Assembly: GCA_964402565.1 (NCBI GenBank)
Contig: CAYOCJ010000002.1
Location: forward strand, 391,340 to 455,339
Length of the DNA stretch: 64,000 nucleotides
From: an uncultured Gammaproteobacteria bacterium
GTDB taxonomy: Bacteria; Patescibacteriota; Patescibacteriia; UBA1558; 2-01-FULL-52-15
Direction: 5' to 3'
The notes below the pieces were generated by a model. The model was not told the DNA's origin, searched no databases, and saw only the letters and a program-made list of their open reading frames with translations. A program made the position numbers and the translations under genes. Shown piece by piece: positions 29,801-37,434 of the stretch. Positions within the stretch are counted from its first letter, which is position 1. Every line of letters begins with the position of its first letter.

Positions 29801-31245
29801 AAACATGTGACGGCACGAATCTCAATGGCCAAACCTGCATTAGCCAGGGATTTGCCGGCGGAGGCACGTTAGCGTGTAATGCGTCATGTACTGCGTTCAA
29901 TACCGGTGCCTGTATCGCACAAACCTGCGGCAACAATCTTCGTGAAGGAAGTGAAACATGCGACGGAACTGATCTGGCCGGCCAATCCTGTACCACGGTG
30001 CCTGGGGGTTATATCGGCGGCACGCTTTCTTGCCAGCCAAGTTGTGCTGCATTCAATACAGCGAGCTGTACGCCGCCGCCGGTCACGACCGTACCCGATC
30101 AATCAGCTCTTTCCACTTCTGATCTCAGGCCGGTAGATGCTGGAGGTAATTCAATTGCGGGATCATGGGAACGGGACGGCGCTAATGTAGTCGCGATCAA
30201 AGTGTGGGCTCCTGCGGGACTTTCTCGCAGCTTCGAAGCAGTCTATACCAGCCCGACGATCAATACTATCTTTTATACGTATAATAACGCCGCGAATTGG
30301 GCATGCTCGCATACGTATACGCCGGGCTGGAATCAAATAAGTTGCCCGACACATTGTTCGAATAATCGAACCATAGCATGTACATTGGGTAACAATACCC
30401 CGTGCGGCGCTGGTCGATGCACTTCAGATTGCGACCCACTCGAGCCATCGACGACCTGGCGATCGCCGTTCTCCTATACGGGCAATGCGGCGTATCCGCT
30501 GTGCAGAACGAGCTATCCCAATTTTGTCGGCAGTTCGGCGAAGTGGATCTGGGGCGATAGCTGCAGTCAGAATGTGGTCTATTGCAGGCTTGAGTTCGGT
30601 ATTGATCTTGGCGGAGGATCGCCCTATCAGCCTGGCGCGTATTGTGGCGATGGTATCGCGCAAACATCTGCATCGAGTCCGCCAGGACCAGAGGAGTGTG
30701 ATAATGGGAGTAACAATGGAGCATGTCCGAAAACATGCAGTTCACAGTGTCTGAGGAATGACTGCACATGTACCGGCCCTCTCTGTAGCGGATGTTTTAT
30801 CACAGGTACGAAAGTATTAACACCGTCCGGCCCTCGCGATATCAATGACCTTAATGTTGGCGATCCGGTTGTATCGTATGATGAGGCGACAAAGCAAAAG
30901 GCTATTGCGTATGTCGAGTTGCCCCGGTCTTACTCGCGGGACCATTACTATGTGTTAAATGGTACTATTCGCGTCACTAAGGAGCATAGATTTGCTGTGG
31001 TAGATGCAGAAGGAACGATCACCTGGAAACCAGTCATGGATCTTTCTATTGGAGACAGGTTCGTGCTTGATACAGGGAAGACCATATCTCTTGCTTCGAA
31101 AGTGCTGCATACCCCGGCGCAATCAATCCAGGTCTTTAATCCCGCACTTTCATATCCGCATACCTACTATATCTGGGATGGCGCTGAATATATTCTTGTT
31201 CATAATGCAAAGTGCACAACTCCACGTTGTGGCGGAGGGCCATGA
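26860..31245 (+). CDS. Large (1461 aa) surface protein: TM anchor + LamG + 2x FN3-like + LamG + 4x cysteine-rich repeats + C-terminal Hint (Hedgehog/intein-like) domain
   Basis: N-terminal TM helix. LamG (VRFYKMDEGSGSTVLD...MDEVHVSARALSDAEV; VAYWPFNGNAQDATGNGYNGTLQNG...IDEVRLYNRVLSAAEI). Two FN3-like repeats (NLSPADAATGVSINPTL...YYWHYRARD). CGNN..ETCDG repeats. Hint domain from CFITGTKVLTPSGP through TKEHRF to ILVHNA. Confidence 0.85.
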   Translation: MSRVNMKRHFTYSKQKTKAHELGALLALLIFAAGFFSYVRVQHIKIRDLGKAQPVYAQAAPNNITFVQQNATGTSGTIAPNVILTAPVTAGSLLVLSVNIVGDITHSINSVTDTQGNTWVQAIAKHDHNDAVFVASQELWYAANARAGATTITANLNATLGATNARLYAHEYQGVATLNPLDQTSWAIGFDPPPSANVISPSRTTFFPNELIFAGSETWGTPNPGPGFTTRGTLNLDYTEDKNVSTVGSNNAIVQVASCGGNCSWMIQMATFRASAQPNPVRFYKMDEGSGSTVLDSSVFNAPGTSYGSPLPTYITGVGPSGTALYFNNASQWIESDWPPSPSLDIRNDFTITAWVNFSSVVNTYPRIFQKGRQIASPTAFSLGINTPGGVLRPEVRARIGGTEYSSVDPSNMSINTWHHIAGVRNGTSLKILVDGVLKNTVAIPAGTIDLNSGQTAYLGGGPVDGRMTDGGMDEVHVSARALSDAEVLAEYQSYDNQPPSPIVNLSPADAATGVSINPTLTATTASDATPPIQYNFELFTTPGCSGAFTQARGYAASTSWIPSTLTMGTTYYWHYRARDSAASPNASGFSACTSFTVVSDTNPPTGVGNVSPADASAGISINPTLVAATASDATTPVLYNFELWSGAGCTGTLLQSVVNYAPTNWSPTTLAYGTTYYWRNRARDSVTPTPNQSAYGPCWAFTTSLVGPVAYWPFNGNAQDATGNGYNGTLQNGPGYVAGRVNQAIGMNGISQRVDMANPASGLTDIPAKTIIAWINMSSGSGNTYKDILVKGDAGCGWWLSVMNSSFVHWGQCFSSGTYGSWGSPAGSITANQWYQVAVTYDNSSAANIPTFYINGSPTALTTIGSPIGTVSSDAPYLVSAGGEIPNNNENFGGTIDEVRLYNRVLSAAEISSIYAADAAAVCGNNLKETGETCDGADLAGASCTTLGYFGGTLSCNPTCTGYVTSSCTNCGNNTIQAGETCDGTNLNGQTCISQGFAGGGTLACNASCTAFNTGACIAQTCGNNLREGSETCDGTDLAGQSCTTVPGGYIGGTLSCQPSCAAFNTASCTPPPVTTVPDQSALSTSDLRPVDAGGNSIAGSWERDGANVVAIKVWAPAGLSRSFEAVYTSPTINTIFYTYNNAANWACSHTYTPGWNQISCPTHCSNNRTIACTLGNNTPCGAGRCTSDCDPLEPSTTWRSPFSYTGNAAYPLCRTSYPNFVGSSAKWIWGDSCSQNVVYCRLEFGIDLGGGSPYQPGAYCGDGIAQTSASSPPGPEECDNGSNNGACPKTCSSQCLRNDCTCTGPLCSGCFITGTKVLTPSGPRDINDLNVGDPVVSYDEATKQKAIAYVELPRSYSRDHYYVLNGTIRVTKEHRFAVVDAEGTITWKPVMDLSIGDRFVLDTGKTISLASKVLHTPAQSIQVFNPALSYPHTYYIWDGAEYILVHNAKCTTPRCGGGP

Positions 31246-31326
31246 AGCAATGAGTCGTGTTGCTTTGTGCTGTTTTTTAGTGCATAATTAAGTATGAAAT
31301 ACTCCTAGTCATAATATCGGGCAACT

Positions 31327-32223
31327 ATGTTTGAAGACATAAAAAAGAATGATGAGAATGTGACCGCTGGCAACCCTTCAGCAGTTGAAGATATGTTTGG
31401 CAAAGTTGACCCAACCCCAGATATAAAGAGCGCGGTGCAGAGCGGTAAATTAACTCCGGTAGCTTCATCAATGGCAGCTCCTCAACCGCCGATGCCGCAG
31501 GCGCCGATGGGTACCAAGATCGGACCTCCGAATCCATTGACCAATCTTTCACAGCTCGATCAATGGAGCAAAAAACCTGCTCGCCGCAGCATGAGAATGA
31601 TTTTGATCGTTGTTGCAGCTTTGATCGTCGTCGGCGCTGCTATTGCCTACTTCTTTTTTATGACGCCGACAGAGGGTTCGAATGCAACTGCTAAAAATAC
31701 TACAGCGAATACCAATGCCACAACGAACACCGATACTACCGCCAACGCACAGCCAACACCTCCTCCGACTGCGAATGAAAACGGTAATCAGGCTCCAAGC
31801 ATACCATCCAATGCCCTCATTGACTCTGATGGCGACGGGCTGACAGATGTAGAAGAAGCTGTCGCTGGCACTGATCCTCATCTAGCTGACACTGATAATG
31901 ACGGTTTGAATGATCGCGATGAACTCTATGTACACAAAACAAACCCATTGTTAGCTGATAGCGATAACGACGGCCTCTCTGACCGCGACGAGATCTTTAC
32001 CTATAAGACAAATCCTATGAACCCGGACACCGATGGCGATACCTATCAGGATGGGGTTGAGGTGCAAAATGGGTATAATCCGAATGGCCCCGGAAAACTT
32101 CCTCCGACAGAAACTCCACCGAACGCACCTATAGATCCAGCCCCAACGCCCGCACCTGCTCCCACACCTTCTCCAGCTCCTACACCTACGCCCGCACCTG
32201 CTCCGGCTCAATATACATACTAG
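31327..32223 (+). CDS. Type II membrane protein with thrombospondin-type-3-like calcium-binding repeats and a Pro-rich tail
   Basis: Pro/Gln-rich N-segment, TM helix (ILIVVAALIVVGAAIAYFFF), T/N-rich linker, DSDGDGLTDVEE / DTDNDGLNDRDE / DSDNDGLSDRDE / DTDGDTYQDGVE repeats, then a PAPTPAPAPTPSPAPTPTP tail. Confidence 0.7.
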   Translation: MFEDIKKNDENVTAGNPSAVEDMFGKVDPTPDIKSAVQSGKLTPVASSMAAPQPPMPQAPMGTKIGPPNPLTNLSQLDQWSKKPARRSMRMILIVVAALIVVGAAIAYFFFMTPTEGSNATAKNTTANTNATTNTDTTANAQPTPPPTANENGNQAPSIPSNALIDSDGDGLTDVEEAVAGTDPHLADTDNDGLNDRDELYVHKTNPLLADSDNDGLSDRDEIFTYKTNPMNPDTDGDTYQDGVEVQNGYNPNGPGKLPPTETPPNAPIDPAPTPAPAPTPSPAPTPTPAPAPAQYTY

Positions 32224-32249
32224 TGCTAAAATAATTAATCCCTATTCGC

Positions 32250-33557
32250 ATGCCAGACGAGCAACAGCCATTAACAGCCGAACAGCAACCTCAAGCTCCC
32301 GAGGCTTCGATGCCGCAGGCATCTGCGCCCTCTGGTTCAATTTATACCATGCCGGATAAGTTCATGATGGGAGGCGGGCAGCCGCGTTTTTCAACTGGCG
32401 CAGCACCCGCAGGCTCTTCAGGCGGCGGCGGTTCAGGCAAACGGATGGTGATCATCATTGCTATACTGGCCTTATTTTTAGGCGGCATGACAGCCGGAGC
32501 TTACTTTTATATCAATAGCGGAGGAGACTTCTTTGGTTTGCTTTCAACAAATGAGCCTGTAGCGCCAGCAGTTCCGAACCCGCCGCCAGCCACCAATCAG
32601 CCAGTTGCGAATACCAATACAACACCTGAGAAACCGCAAGATGATCAATCAAAACTTGCTCGCGATGTGCAGCGTTCGAAGGATTTGGTCGTTCTTGCGA
32701 AAGCCCTCCAGGATTATTTTGCAAAATATAATGCATTTCCTCAGATCTTAGACTCGATTCCGAAAGATATGCTGGCAGAGCTGCCAAAGGATCCCTTGTC
32801 AGACAAGGCCTATGAGTATACGCCGCTGGATAATCGTGCTTCATACGGCATCGGCATTGTTATCGAGAAAGAGTTAACTTACAACGGCAAGACCTATCAG
32901 TCTGGTCCTGTTGTTCTGCATTCAGAGGGCTATCAGACAGCAACGTCTACACCGCCAATTACGGATCAACCAGTACCGCCGACCCCTGCCCCTGTTGATG
33001 TGAGCAATCTCGATTCAGATTCAGATGGTCTGACAGCCGCAGAAGAAAGTTTATTCGGCACGTCACCTTCGAACCCTGATTCAGACTCTGACGGGTACCG
33101 AGACAATGTGGAAATTAAGAATTTTTACAGTCCGGTGGAAACAGCTGCGGTGAAATTAGACCAGGCCGGCCTCGTGAAATTGTATACGAACGATGTTCAA
33201 AAGTTCAGTTTCTATTATCCGAGTTCCTGGGTCGTGAATGCGCCTGATGCGGACGGAGCTGAAACTCTCGTCACGACAGGGACTGGCGAAAATTTCAGCG
33301 TCTCGGTGAAGGAGAATGCGGACAATAAGACTTCCTGGGAATGGTATACGCAAAATATCAGCCATGACTATAACCCAAACAGCGTGTCCATCGTGCAGAT
33401 CAGCGGACATGAAGCGATCAAAACATTGGACGGTCTGCAGGCATATCTGGCTGTTGGCGGGAAAGTATATCTCATCACGTATAATCTGAATACTGAGTCA
33501 GTGATCCGATACCCATCCATCTTTGCGATGATGCTGGATCATTTCACGCTTCATTAA
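32250..33557 (+). CDS. Type II membrane protein with pseudopilin-like (GspG/type IV pilin-like) motif and TSP3-like repeats
   Basis: Pro/Ala-rich N-segment, TM helix (MVIIIAILALFLGGMTAGAYFYI), LAKALQDYFAKYNAFPQ...LPKDPLSDKAYEY (resembles GspG ALEGALDMYKLDNSRYPT...LPQDPWGSDYQ), then DSDSDGLTAAEE / DSDSDGYRDNVE repeats. Confidence 0.6.
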   Translation: MPDEQQPLTAEQQPQAPEASMPQASAPSGSIYTMPDKFMMGGGQPRFSTGAAPAGSSGGGGSGKRMVIIIAILALFLGGMTAGAYFYINSGGDFFGLLSTNEPVAPAVPNPPPATNQPVANTNTTPEKPQDDQSKLARDVQRSKDLVVLAKALQDYFAKYNAFPQILDSIPKDMLAELPKDPLSDKAYEYTPLDNRASYGIGIVIEKELTYNGKTYQSGPVVLHSEGYQTATSTPPITDQPVPPTPAPVDVSNLDSDSDGLTAAEESLFGTSPSNPDSDSDGYRDNVEIKNFYSPVETAAVKLDQAGLVKLYTNDVQKFSFYYPSSWVVNAPDADGAETLVTTGTGENFSVSVKENADNKTSWEWYTQNISHDYNPNSVSIVQISGHEAIKTLDGLQAYLAVGGKVYLITYNLNTESVIRYPSIFAMMLDHFTLH

Positions 33558-34025
33558 TTGTTACCAGTTGTGCTGTTTGCTCTCTCATCAGTGCCTCAGG
33601 GCCTGCCGGTTCATTGGCTTTCACAGCTCGAACCGATCATTGAACGGGATTATAAGCCGCAAGGCGTTATCTCTATTCGATTTGTCAGTGTACGAGAAAT
33701 GCGTCGCGTTAATCTCATATATCGCGGCAAAGATGCTGCAACAGATGTATTGTCTTTTCGATTGCAAGACGCGCAAGTTCCTGCTTTCTCAGGAGACAGC
33801 GGCCATGAACAGGCCTTTGGAGAAATACTCATGTGCGCCGCGGTTTTGAAATCTCATGCTCGTGAAAAGGGTAGTACCTTAGTACAGGAGTTTCAGACCA
33901 TGCTTATTCACGGCATCCTGCACGTGATGGGATTTGACCATGAAAAAGACTCAGAAGCGCTGGAGATGGAAAAACATGAGCGTCAATTGGCCCGTCAGTT
34001 GAAAAAAAACCTTGGCAAACGGTAA
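33558..34025 (+). CDS. ybeY: rRNA maturation endoribonuclease YbeY
   Basis: TDVLSF block and the metal-binding motif HGILHVMGFDHE. Confidence 0.8.
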   Translation: MLPVVLFALSSVPQGLPVHWLSQLEPIIERDYKPQGVISIRFVSVREMRRVNLIYRGKDAATDVLSFRLQDAQVPAFSGDSGHEQAFGEILMCAAVLKSHAREKGSTLVQEFQTMLIHGILHVMGFDHEKDSEALEMEKHERQLARQLKKNLGKR

Positions 34026-34087
34026 AAATTTCAGTATACTAAAGACGTTCGGACAGCTCATCTATCGTTGAAACGAAGTCATATATA

Positions 34088-35329
34088 ATGAAAAAAATAG
34101 AGACAATTGCAGGCATAGACATTGGTTCAAGCGCAGTTCGCATTGTAGTCGCGCAGCCTATGGACCACGGACAGCTGCATCTTATTGGTGTTGGCGAGTC
34201 GGTATCACGGGGCATGTCGAAAGGCATGGTGAATGATCTTGAAGAAGTGGTTACTTCGGTTTCAGAAGCTCTTGAAAAAGCTGAACGGATGATCGGCGGA
34301 CAATTGTCTCGTGCCGTCGTCGCCGTGAACGGAGCGCATGTGAAAGTGGTACAAAGCCAGGGCGTCATAGCCGTTTCAAAACCGAATGGAGAAGTGCAGC
34401 AAAGTGATGTTGATCGCGCTATTGAGCAATCGCAGACGCTCGCTGTGAGCCCTAATTACGAGATCCTGCATGTACTTCCAAAATTTTTTAACCTCGACAA
34501 TCAGACCGCCATCAAGGATCCGCTGGGCATGACCGGCATCAAACTTGAAGCGCATACGCAGATCGTTCTCGCGCAGAGCGCGCAAGTGAAACTGTTGACC
34601 AAATGTTTATACCGTACACAGCTTGAAGTCGAAGGTTTGATCTTCTCTCCGCTGGCTACTGCTGAAGCAGTGCTGACCAAGCGACAAAAAGATATGGGAG
34701 CGGCAGTCGTAAATATCGGAGCAGGGACTACATCCGTGGCAATTTTTGAAGAAGGGGAATTATTGCATGCAGCGATCCTGCCCATCGGTTCAGATCATGT
34801 CACGGCTGACATCGCGATCGGTCTTCGCGTATCACTGGAGATAGCAGAACGAGTCAAGCTGGATCTTGGACAGGCTATTTCTGATAAAGTATCCAAGCGT
34901 GATGAAGTGGATATTGCAAAGTATTCCAATGAAGAGATGCCGCGGTCGTTAATTTCAAAAAAACATATCGCTGAGATCATTGAAGCGAGGCTGGAAGAGA
35001 TTTTCACTATGATCAATCAGGAGCTCAAACGTGCGGGCAGAGATGGCAAGCTTCCTGCCGGTATTATCTTGACCGGCGGCGGTGCAAAATTGGGAGGCCT
35101 GGTCGATTTTGCAAAAGAACATTTGAAGCTGCCTGTCTTTATCGGCGCTCCGGATCAGATCGTAACGCCTATTGATAAAGTGAAAGACCTTCAATATACA
35201 ACGGCCTTAGGTTTGATCTACTTTGCAGAAGAAAATAACTCGACCTCGCGGGGCGGGTTGCAGCCGGTCGCGTGGGCTTCAAAACTTTTTGGCGGAGTAT
35301 TCCGTCGGATAAAAGATTTTTCATCCTAA
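34088..35329 (+). CDS. ftsA: Cell division protein FtsA
   Basis: Actin-fold ATPase motifs (IAGIDIGSSAVRIVV, AVVNIGAGTTSVAIFEEGEL, ILTGGGAKL); immediately upstream of ftsZ. Confidence 0.85.
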   Translation: MKKIETIAGIDIGSSAVRIVVAQPMDHGQLHLIGVGESVSRGMSKGMVNDLEEVVTSVSEALEKAERMIGGQLSRAVVAVNGAHVKVVQSQGVIAVSKPNGEVQQSDVDRAIEQSQTLAVSPNYEILHVLPKFFNLDNQTAIKDPLGMTGIKLEAHTQIVLAQSAQVKLLTKCLYRTQLEVEGLIFSPLATAEAVLTKRQKDMGAAVVNIGAGTTSVAIFEEGELLHAAILPIGSDHVTADIAIGLRVSLEIAERVKLDLGQAISDKVSKRDEVDIAKYSNEEMPRSLISKKHIAEIIEARLEEIFTMINQELKRAGRDGKLPAGIILTGGGAKLGGLVDFAKEHLKLPVFIGAPDQIVTPIDKVKDLQYTTALGLIYFAEENNSTSRGGLQPVAWASKLFGGVFRRIKDFSS

Positions 35330-35361
35330 GATACGCAGCCAGATACTGTACACAAAAATAG

Positions 35362-35395
35362 AACAGCCCCATGGCAATGGGGTTGTTTATTTTAT
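35362..35395 (+). terminator. Possible terminator/attenuator between ftsA and ftsZ
   Basis: cccca-tggcaa-tgggg hairpin with flanking aacag/ttgtt pairing, followed by tattttat. Confidence 0.35.
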
Positions 35396-35435
35396 GAGAA
35401 AAGTAGTGTATACTATTTCTACTATTAATTGACCT

Positions 35436-36617
35436 TTGAGTATGTCTAGAAAAAGTACTTTTGAAGTAAAACCGGCTATAGAAAGCCTAGCAAAGATAAA
35501 AGTAATCGGCGTTGGAGGCTCAGGTGGATCAGCGATAAATAGAATGCTTGCGAATAAGATCCGCAGCATTGAATTCATAGCAGTGAACACTGATGTGCAG
35601 GCTTTGCAGCAGTCGCTTGCCGATGTGAAGCTGCAGATCGGCAAGGAAACGACTCGCGGTTTAGGCGCCGGGATGAACCCCGACTTGGGCGCAATGTCCG
35701 CAGAAGAAGCCGAGGCTGAGATCAAGAAACATGTCGCTGATGCTGACATGGTTTTTGTTACATGCGGATTGGGCGGCGGAACCGGTAGCGGAGCTGCGCC
35801 GATCATCGCAGACCTGGCTCGCGCTGCAGGAGCCCTGACCGTTGCAGTCGTTACGAAACCATTCAAGTTCGAAGGCATGCAGCGCAGACGGATCGCAGAA
35901 GGAGCGCTAGAGAAACTCGTTGATAAAGTTGATACTATCATCACTATTCCGAACGATCGCTTATTGCAGGTGATAGATAAGAAGACATCGTTGCTTGAAG
36001 CATTCTCAGTCGTGGACGAAGTGCTGCATCAGGGCGTGCGCGGCATATCTGAATTGATCACGGTCCCTGGCATGGTGAACGTTGATTTCGCCGATGTGAA
36101 GTCCATCATGACCGATGCGGGCTCAGCGTTGATGGGCATCGGTATTGCATCAGGCGAGAACCGTGCAACTGAAGCAGCGCGTGCAGCAGTCGATAGCCCA
36201 CTGCTCGAAGTTTCTATTGAAGGCGCGCGCGGCGTGCTGTTCGTTGTTACCGCTGGGTCTGACCTGACCATGCATGAAGTCAATGAAGCAGCTGAGGTCA
36301 TCACTGCCAGCTGTGATCCGGATGCAAAGATCATTTTTGGCACCGTCATTGATGAGAAAATGGGCGCCGAGCTCAAGGTGACGGTTATCGCCACTGGTTT
36401 TAGAAGTTTCCAGGAGAAAGCGCCTGAGCAAGGAGCTCCGGCACCGGCTCAGAAGAGGGAATCATTCCGTGCATCCACATTTACAGCGCCCGAGGAACCG
36501 CATGACCGCAAGGTTTTCATGAAGCCGAAAGAAGAGCCTGTGGTGAGACCACAGGAGCAAGAAGAGGAAGATGAACTAGATATACCCGCATTCATCCGGA
36601 ACAGGATGAAGAAATGA
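35436..36617 (+). CDS. ftsZ: Cell division GTPase FtsZ
   Basis: Tubulin signature GLGGGTGSGAAPIIAD, GVGGSGGSAINRM, NVDFADV; acidic C-terminal tail. Confidence 0.92.
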   Translation: MSMSRKSTFEVKPAIESLAKIKVIGVGGSGGSAINRMLANKIRSIEFIAVNTDVQALQQSLADVKLQIGKETTRGLGAGMNPDLGAMSAEEAEAEIKKHVADADMVFVTCGLGGGTGSGAAPIIADLARAAGALTVAVVTKPFKFEGMQRRRIAEGALEKLVDKVDTIITIPNDRLLQVIDKKTSLLEAFSVVDEVLHQGVRGISELITVPGMVNVDFADVKSIMTDAGSALMGIGIASGENRATEAARAAVDSPLLEVSIEGARGVLFVVTAGSDLTMHEVNEAAEVITASCDPDAKIIFGTVIDEKMGAELKVTVIATGFRSFQEKAPEQGAPAPAQKRESFRASTFTAPEEPHDRKVFMKPKEEPVVRPQEQEEEDELDIPAFIRNRMKK

Positions 36618-36620
36618 GCT

Positions 36621-37091
36621 ATGCATTGTCCCGTGTGCTCACATTCGGAGACCAAGGTCGTTGATTCCAGAATGACCGCCGACCGGACCGGTATTCGCAG
36701 GCGACGCCAGTGCGAGAAGTGTTCTTTTCGTTTTTCGACGATAGAGCAAATAGAGATCCTGGACCTGACCGTGGTCAAGCGCGATGGCAGTAAGCAGCCC
36801 TATTCACGCGAGAAAATAGTGCAGGGTTTGCGCAAAGCGCTCGAGAAACGCTCATATACAGAAGAAAACTTTAATAATCTTGTTGCGAGGATCGAGCGCG
36901 AGATCCATAAGACGCGCAAGGACGAGCTGACCACCAAGCATATCGGCGAGATCATCATGAAGAAGCTGGAGAATTTCGATCAGGTCGGCTATATACGTTA
37001 TGCCTCGGTGTATCGGGACTTTAAAGACGTGTCCACATTCCAAAAAGAGCTGAAGAACATCATTCAGCGCCGTAAAAAGCGAAAAAACTAA
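36621..37091 (+). CDS. nrdR: Transcriptional repressor NrdR
   Basis: Zn-ribbon MHCPVCSHSETKVVDSR...RRRRQCEKCSFRFSTIE plus an ATP-cone. Confidence 0.9.
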   Translation: MHCPVCSHSETKVVDSRMTADRTGIRRRRQCEKCSFRFSTIEQIEILDLTVVKRDGSKQPYSREKIVQGLRKALEKRSYTEENFNNLVARIEREIHKTRKDELTTKHIGEIIMKKLENFDQVGYIRYASVYRDFKDVSTFQKELKNIIQRRKKRKN

Positions 37092-37098
37092 CATACCT

Positions 37099-37431
37099 AT
37101 GTCACAGGAAATTGACGAGCTCAAGAAGATGCTCGCAGATCTGGACCAGAACGTGCTTGCTATCAGCATGACCGTACGCAAAATGCACCGTAAGATGCGC
37201 TGGTCTGCTTTTTATGATTTTCTTAAATTTGTTGTTATCTTTGGTCCCCTGATATGGGCCTATTTTGCATTTCAACCGCAGATCAAGGAATTCTACGCGA
37301 TGTACGGGAATATGACGGAGCAGTTTAGAAAGCTTGAGTCCATGCAGCAGATGCAGCAAGGTTCCAATACGAATGATCCGAATCAACTCTTGAAGCAGCT
37401 GCAGCAGCGGTACCCGCAGCCACAGCAATAA
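37099..37431 (+). CDS. Hypothetical small membrane protein
   Basis: One hydrophobic helix (FLKFVVIFGPLIWAYFAF) and a Q-rich C-terminus; no recognisable family. Confidence 0.4.
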   Translation: MSQEIDELKKMLADLDQNVLAISMTVRKMHRKMRWSAFYDFLKFVVIFGPLIWAYFAFQPQIKEFYAMYGNMTEQFRKLESMQQMQQGSNTNDPNQLLKQLQQRYPQPQQ

Positions 37432-37434
37432 CGT

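Noticed and set aside
15512-31000. Dozens of 60-180-aa ORFs on both strands inside the giant genes (for example 26371..26919 minus 182 aa, 30266..30769 minus 167 aa, 25321..25665 plus 114 aa)
   Set aside because: All lie entirely within long sense-strand frames that show coherent, repeated protein-domain signatures. Their translations are low-complexity or Arg/Cys-rich, typical of antisense or off-frame readings of Gly/Cys/Ala-rich coding DNA.
13451-33557. Diversity-generating retroelement targeting the surface proteins
   Set aside because: I found no reverse-transcriptase ORF and no obvious template/variable repeat pair near the 3' ends of the surface-protein genes. The only exact repeat seen is the 33-bp tandem in yqeY. 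A dot-plot would be needed to exclude it fully.
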